From Paraspadella gotoi (lineage: Eukaryota; Animalia; Chaetognatha): a DNA stretch of 64,000 nt. A model generated the notes under the pieces. The model was given only the letters and a program-made list of their open reading frames with translations, was not told where the DNA came from and made no database searches. The DNA lies in assembly GCA_051294375.1 (NCBI GenBank), contig CM119265.1:1666280-1730279 (forward strand), given 5' to 3'. The position numbers and the translations under genes are program-made. Positions 58,721 to 64,000 of this stretch are shown here, piece by piece. Position 1 is the first letter of the stretch; every line of letters begins with the position of its first letter.

Positions 58721-61700
58721 ATGGAACCATCCATCGCACTCGCCGACGACAACGAGGCTTCATCCTCAGCCACCGATTCCGCAAATGCCTGGGACATTGA
58801 TGCCTCCAATTCTTCAAGTTCGTCCGTCGCATACAACGACGTCACGAGCGCTTCCAACCTTCTCTCCACCTTAACTTCAATTTCCCAGTCTGGATCACCT
58901 TCCTCTGCCAATTTCTCTACCTCCCTTACTTCCTCATTCGCTATTCATTCCTCCCACTTTCCCTCGTTCAATTTCGACCTTGAGGAAGAACTGGAGGCCC
59001 TGAGTCATCCCATCCCCTTCTTCCTCTCCCTCGTTTCCCTCCTTCTAAACATTCTTCTTCTCCTCGTCTTTTTATACATGTTGTTGGATGGAAAATTGGG
59101 CGCCAAGGTGACTAGTTTGATACAAAAATAAATAATTATGTAAACAATTAAATATATACTAATATTTAGTTTGAAATCTATAATTGCTACAACGTTATCA
59201 TTTTTATTGAGACAAATATTAATTTGTTCAGACATCGCAAATAAATAAAATACGTGATAAGCAAACGAAATATAACATACGTCAAAATGCAAATGAGATT
59301 ATAGAGATACAGTGTGTCCCAATGGTACTGTCGGTTAACTTTTACATATTGTGCGGAACTGTATTATTAAATGTTATTTCAGAGATAACAATGTCAAAGA
59401 TAAGTTCTTACCATTTATGATACTATATTTCGAATTCAATTTTTATCAATTTTTCTTTGCAGGACTTTTAATTTAAAAGGGTCCTCATTTCTCATTTTTT
59501 TAAATTTTTATGAAATTGGTACAACTAATATAAAAATTATCCATTCATTTAATAAATAAGCTATCTTGCCCCTGACTTTGGACAGGCTTTGGTGGTTTAA
59601 GGCCTCCATCACTCTTACAAGATAATGACATAGCAGGTCCCTGCAAGTTTTCAATCAAGACTCTCTCACAGTCTTGTTTATTCACTCCCAGAGTACCTGG
59701 CTTCCCTATCAATGAAGTGGAAAATATTTCAAAGAATGTTTCAATTGTATGAAAAGACCACTCCCTTAAGTATTAGATCGGGGAATACTTATTGTACTCC
59801 GCACTAGCATCAAAATACAAGGAGCTGAATTTTATGAAATTGGTACAACCAATATAAAAATTATCCATTTATATAATTTTTTTCATTTTAAAATAAATTT
59901 TATTTAAAAAAAAAGTGATGAAGGATTGAATGAAAACCAAAACTTGTCTGAACAATAAAAATAAAATCATTGATGTATCAAGACTTCGTCTTTAATTTCA
60001 ATGAAAAATATTTTAAAAAGATATAAATTATTTAAATTTTCATTTGTATAAAATAAGTGCATTAATAAAAAAATAACAAATATTAAAAAAATATAAAAAT
60101 ATGCTAATTAATTTGATATTTAAATTTTATTATTTGAAGTTGTGACCGAATGAATTCTTTAAGCCAGAACAAAATGTTTTCTATTTATTAAATAAATTAT
60201 TATTAAATTAATTCAAAAAGTAATATGAACATTGAACAAGGTAAGTAGATAATTTTAAAAATGATGATTATTGGATTATAAAAGCTCTGGAGCTAAAAAT
60301 AAGAGGTAGTTTCTTACTGTCCTGCATCTAAAAAAAAGATTTAATACATTATTTATTCAATATTATAAAAAATATTTGATAAATATTAAAAAATATATAA
60401 TTTAATAATTTTTTTAAAAATCACTGAAAAAAATTTGTTACCAATTTCTTTATGTAATAACTACAGGAGTTTGCTTTATTTAATTTTTAAAATTTAGGTA
60501 TCTTATAAAATGGTACATACTTGTACGCATATTAAAGTTTTTTGATCTGGTATAGGAGCAATTGTGGCAGCAAGACTTAAAGCTGCCTCACTGCCTGTCC
60601 ATCCTCAGCCTCGTTTCAATGGCTGAGCAGGCTAAATCATCTCATTCCATCCGTGCGTCCCGGTTCAATCCCTGGGTATCCCGGTTCTGGCTTAAATGTG
60701 ACGGTGCCGGTATAAACATGCCAGTGACAGGAGGCGGTCACTGAGGGTCCGCAGCCCTACGCCAGTTGGTGAGATACCCCGCGCCCCGGGTATCACAGGC
60801 TATCCTCCCGTTGCCATAAGTGGTGAGCCCTGCTCTCGAACACGCAACCGCTGCGCACCGTGCGCCCACACTTACGTTGCTTAGGGTATGCATATCACGC
60901 CTATGCCCTACTTCTCTGGTAACGCTCCAGACTCGCTCGCTCGCTTGCCCGCTCGCTCTCACTATGGCAATGAGATCAAAACCTTCTCTTCAGACATCTC
61001 CTCAGGATTGAGGCCCCTGTGGAGAAGTCTGGTGGGGGATCCTGTGGCAGCAAGACTTAAAGCTGCCTCACTGCTGTCCGTCCTCAGCCTCGTCTCAATG
61101 GCTGTGCAGGCTAAATCATCTCATTCCATCCTGCGTCCCGGGTTCAATCCCTGGGTATCCGTTCTGGCTTAAATGTGACGGTTCCGGTATAAACATGCCA
61201 GTGACAGGAGGCGGTCACTGAGGGTCCGCAGCCCCTACGCCAGTTGGTGAGATACCCCGCGCCCCGAGGCTATCACAAGGCTATCCTCCCGTTGCCATAC
61301 AATAATCTTTTCTTAACAGACACACTGTATAAACGTTTTTTCAGGTGGGCCTCCTATTCTTAGCCATCGTCGATTCTGCCTTTACACTATTTTTCGTCCT
61401 CGCCTGGATTTGGCGAAAATTTTTGCCCGCTCATTGGGATGCTCATGATTTTGCGCCTCTGCAAATTTATGCAGTAATCTTGGGTAAGTTTGGGATAGAA
61501 TTTAAGCTAAGGTTGTGTTAAGTTCTGGGGGCGAGTTATGGGCAAGATACAATGAGTTGGTAATAGTAATTTCTACCTTATCTGCTAAACGAAAAGTAAA
61601 TCTAACGGTATGGTGGACTAAAATCCACCAACCGTTCATCAGCGGTCATGGGTACCGGAGGCAAGTTATTCGCTTCCTAACCCAAAGGTCCGGGGTTCTA

Positions 61701-63397
61701 GCCCGGTGGTCGCCTAGCAGTTAAGAGGGATGGGCAGCTTAACCCACTTGTAACACGGTGTTACAACCTGATCCGAAGCTCAACGACTGCTTATATTGAA
61801 CGGTTCTGTCTTTAACACATAATAATTATTATTGCCTCTTCACATAAAGGGGGGGAAAAAGAAGATAAATTAAAAAAAAGGTTTTACTTAAAAATGCAAA
61901 TAAGATTTTTTGCATATTTTTTTGTTTGAATCGTGGCTCCAATGGTCACAAAAAAGCTTCTAAGTTAGTTTGGCTAATTAACTTTAATAATAATATTTTT
62001 CTCATCAACAATTTATTTTTAGGTACAACGAACAGAGTGATGACTATCTACATCACAGCGAATCGCGCAACCGTGATTCTAAATCTCAGACTCGCTATCA
62101 CTCGCCTAGATTCTGATACGACTCGCGCTGCCAAGCACGCAGCCATTTTTGGTCTCATTCCTGGAATTATGATTGGAGGAATATTGGGGACGGTGTGGCA
62201 CTGTGTCTTGACTGAAACATATGAAAAAGGGTGAGAAATTGTATTTAAAAATAATGTTTACTGACTTAAATATATATAAGAAAGGCTATTTAAATTTATT
62301 AGAAATAGTATGGCACCGTTTAATTAGATATTTAGAGGGGCTGAGTGAAACTCAAGTGCAAAAAATCTTAAAAATTTAAAATAGGGTGTCACTGTTTGCT
62401 TGAAAATGGTGAGCGAAAACTTATGACGTATCGTGTATCAGATTAATGTTAAAATAAATATTATACAAATGCAGACCATTATGGTGGACTAAAATCTACT
62501 AACTGTTTATCAGCGGCCATTGGTGCCGGAGGCAAGTCATTCTCTTCCCAACCTAAAGGTCCGGGGTTCTAGCCCGGTGGCCGCCTAGCAGTTAAGAGGG
62601 ACGGGGCGCTTAACCCGCCTGTAACATGGTGTTACAGCCTGATCCGAAGCTCAGGGACTGTCACTAACTCATAATAATTATCATTGTCTCTTTACTATAT
62701 TATTTTATCAATTAAATAATTAATTTCTTCAGAGCGAACGTAGCCACATTTGGTCGACGCATTGGCCTCGCCTCTTATGCAATTGGTTTTCTTCTCGTCA
62801 TCATCATTATTTCAATTCTTTCTGTTCGAATTTTTATTCAAACGAAAAAAATGATGAAAGAAATGTCCAATGGAAGACGGAGCTTTGAACAAAGTGTTAA
62901 GTATTGAAAAGAGAGCTAAGAAATTGGGTATTCTGGGAAAAAAGAGCCTGGGAAAAGAGAGCCAAAAAATGAGGTGGTCTGGGAAAAGAAAGCCAAGAAA
63001 TGGTATGCTCTGGGAAAAGAGAGCTAAAAAATGGGGTATTCTAGGAAAAGAGAGCTAAGAAATGGGGCACTCTGGGAAAAGAGAGCCAAGAAATGGGGCA
63101 CTCTGGGAAAAGAGAGCCAAGAAATGGTGTGCTCTGGGAAAACAGAGCCATCCCCCCAACCACCCTTCCCTCAAACCACCTTCATCCCCCCCCCAAATAC
63201 AGTGCAAGGGTCTCCTCGAGTATCAGCGGATGGTCGGAGTCGTCGCCGTCGTCTTCGTCATAACGCAAATCCCCGCCGTCGCCGTTTACTTTTGGCGCTG
63301 GTTTCTCTTGGGCGACAGCGGCGAAGAAGGAAAGGGCGGCGGCGTAGGGCTGGCGCGGCTTAGCTACGTTCCCCGGTGGCTGCGGACGATGCAAGCG
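58721..63397 (+). CDS. Rhodopsin-class (class A) GPCR, partial; exons 58721-59107, 61345-61483, 62023-62230, 62733-62895, 63203-63397; the TM7 exon lies beyond the window
   Basis: Ser-rich N-terminus with NxS sites, TM1 SLLLNILLLLVF, TM2 LFLAIVD (LAxxD), TM3 end IYITANRATVI, TM5, and TM6 VVAVVFVITQIP. Intron phases 0, 1, 2, 0 all match. Confidence 0.85.
59510..59870 (-). mobile_element. Complete copy of repeat family A with about 38-bp terminal direct redundancy
   Basis: TTATGAAATTGGTACAAC.AATATAAAAATTATCCATT occurs at both ends, period 324 bp. Confidence 0.85.
60620..60672 (+). promoter_or_regulatory. tRNA-type Pol III A box and B box in the 5' LTR (repeated at 61099-61151)
   Basis: A box TGGCTGAGCAGG (fits TRGCNNARYNGG); B box GGTTCAATCCC in a T-arm-like hairpin. 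Confidence 0.65.
60687..60765 (+). ncRNA. Twister ribozyme, type P5 (5' LTR copy); predicted cleavage 60713/60714
   Basis: P5 CTGGC/GCCAG, P2 ATGT/ACAT, L1 GACGG and T|AA, P1 TGCCGGTA, GC, P3 CAGTGAC/GTCACTG, P4 AGGG with loop TCCGCAGC. This copy lacks one C in the 3' strand of P4. Confidence 0.75.
61164..61243 (+). ncRNA. Twister ribozyme, type P5 (3' LTR copy); predicted cleavage 61190/61191
   Basis: CTGGC-TTAA-ATGT-GACGG-TTCCGGTA-T|AA-ACAT-GC-CAGTGAC(AGGAGGCG)GTCACTG-AGGG(TCCGCAGC)CCCT-AC-GCCAG. Pseudoknots CCG/CGG and GC/GC are both satisfiable. Confidence 0.82.
61609..61840 (+). mobile_element. tRNA-derived SINE-like repeat (family S2), GPCR intron 2
   Basis: Acceptor-like GCGGTCA...TGGTCGC and T-arm-like CCGGGGTTCTAGCCCGG; second copy at 62480-62692. 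Confidence 0.7.
62480..62692 (+). mobile_element. SINE-like family S2 copy, GPCR intron 3
   Basis: Collinear with 61609-61840. Confidence 0.7.
62906..63150. repeat. 30-bp intronic minisatellite, about 8 copies
   Basis: Unit CTCTGGGAAAAGAGAGCCAAGAAATGGGGCA (30-31 bp). Confidence 0.9.
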
Positions 63398-63747
63398 GTA
63401 ACTCTTGACTCTTGAGTTCGTTTTGCCCTTTTTTTATATATTTTTAATTCAGCTAATAACCTAATGTAAAAATCTACTGCTTTTATTAAAATTTGTATTC
63501 TTTTTTTAAAATTGATAAAAGTTTATCCGTTGATTAATCTGATCCATCCATCGCCAATAGATTCTATCGGTTATTTCCCTACCACGACACTTGTAAAAAT
63601 TATATTTTACTAAAACTTTGGCAACTGATTGAGCCAATATAGAAAATATCCATTAATTTAATGAATAAACTAACTTTCCCCTGACTTAGGACAATGGACA
63701 GGCTCATAAGTTAATAACATAAAACATAATAACATAAACATAACATA

Positions 63748-64000
63748 AAATTCAGCTCCTTGTATTTTGATGCTAGTGCGGAGTACAATAAGTATTCCCC
63801 GATCTAATACTTAAGGGAGTAGTCTTTTCATACAATTGAAACATTCTTTGAAATATTTTCCACTTCATTGATAGGGAGGCCAGGTACTCTGGGAGTGAAT
63901 AAACAGGACTGTGAGAGAGTCTGAATTGAAAGCTTGCAGGGACCTGCTATGTAATTATCTTGTAAGAGTGATGGAGGCCTTAAACCACCAAAGCCTGTCC
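63748..64000 (+). mobile_element. Repeat family A copy (runs off the window), preceded by an inverted 3' fragment at about 63632-63705
   Basis: Near-identical to the reverse complement of 59580-59835. Confidence 0.85.

Larger units (their letters stand above)
60563..61299 (+). mobile_element. Miniature non-autonomous LTR retroelement (TRIM/retrozyme-like): LTRs 60563-60818 and 61043-61299, internal 224 bp
   Basis: 256/257-bp direct repeats with termini TGTGGCA...TGCCATA, flanking 4-bp duplication CAAT (60559-62, 61300-03), PBS-like TGGTGAGCCC 2 nt after the 5' LTR, purine-rich GGTGGGGGA before the 3' LTR, and no coding capacity. Confidence 0.85.

Noticed and set aside
60595-60625. Minus-strand GAAAC...CTGAGGA, and CTGAGGA/CTGAAGA near 60985-61010, as possible hammerheads
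   Set aside because: Spacing leaves no room for stems I and III, and no GAAA follows a stem II.
61600-61646. Minus-strand CTGATGA followed by a long hairpin (hammerhead-like)
   Set aside because: The stem is followed by TAGA rather than GAAA, and the second copy reads CTGATAA.
61670-61735. CCGGGGTTCTAGCCCGG...GAGGG resembling a twister P4
   Set aside because: Loop and pseudoknot pairings do not fit; better explained as the T arm of a tRNA-derived head.

Overview
AT-rich, microsatellite-dense, intron-containing animal (invertebrate-type) genomic DNA with three N gaps. Most entries in the ORF track are translations of (GA)n, (CT)n or (GAC)n repeats and are not genes. By manual splicing I can support: a complete 4-exon calcineurin B gene, a 5-exon partial class A GPCR, a multi-exon NPDC1/CAB-1-like gene, two tandem XK-related genes (the second split by a Helentron/DINE-1-like element), a 1100-aa Lys-rich repeat ORF and a weak minus-strand gene at the left end. 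Mobile DNA includes a decayed LINE, several HINE/DINE-like elements, tRNA-derived SINEs, a mariner-like remnant and a ~324-bp repeat with terminal redundancy. The standout is a 737-bp non-coding LTR element in GPCR intron 1 (60563-61299) with a 4-bp TSD, PBS and PPT. Each of its LTRs carries a tRNA-like Pol III A/B-box promoter immediately followed by a type-P5 twister ribozyme fold, making it a candidate animal twister LTR-retrozyme that would release a 477-nt, probably circular, RNA. A second recurring theme is minisatellites seeded from exon ends or splice donors. All calls are by eye; no database search or folding program was run.
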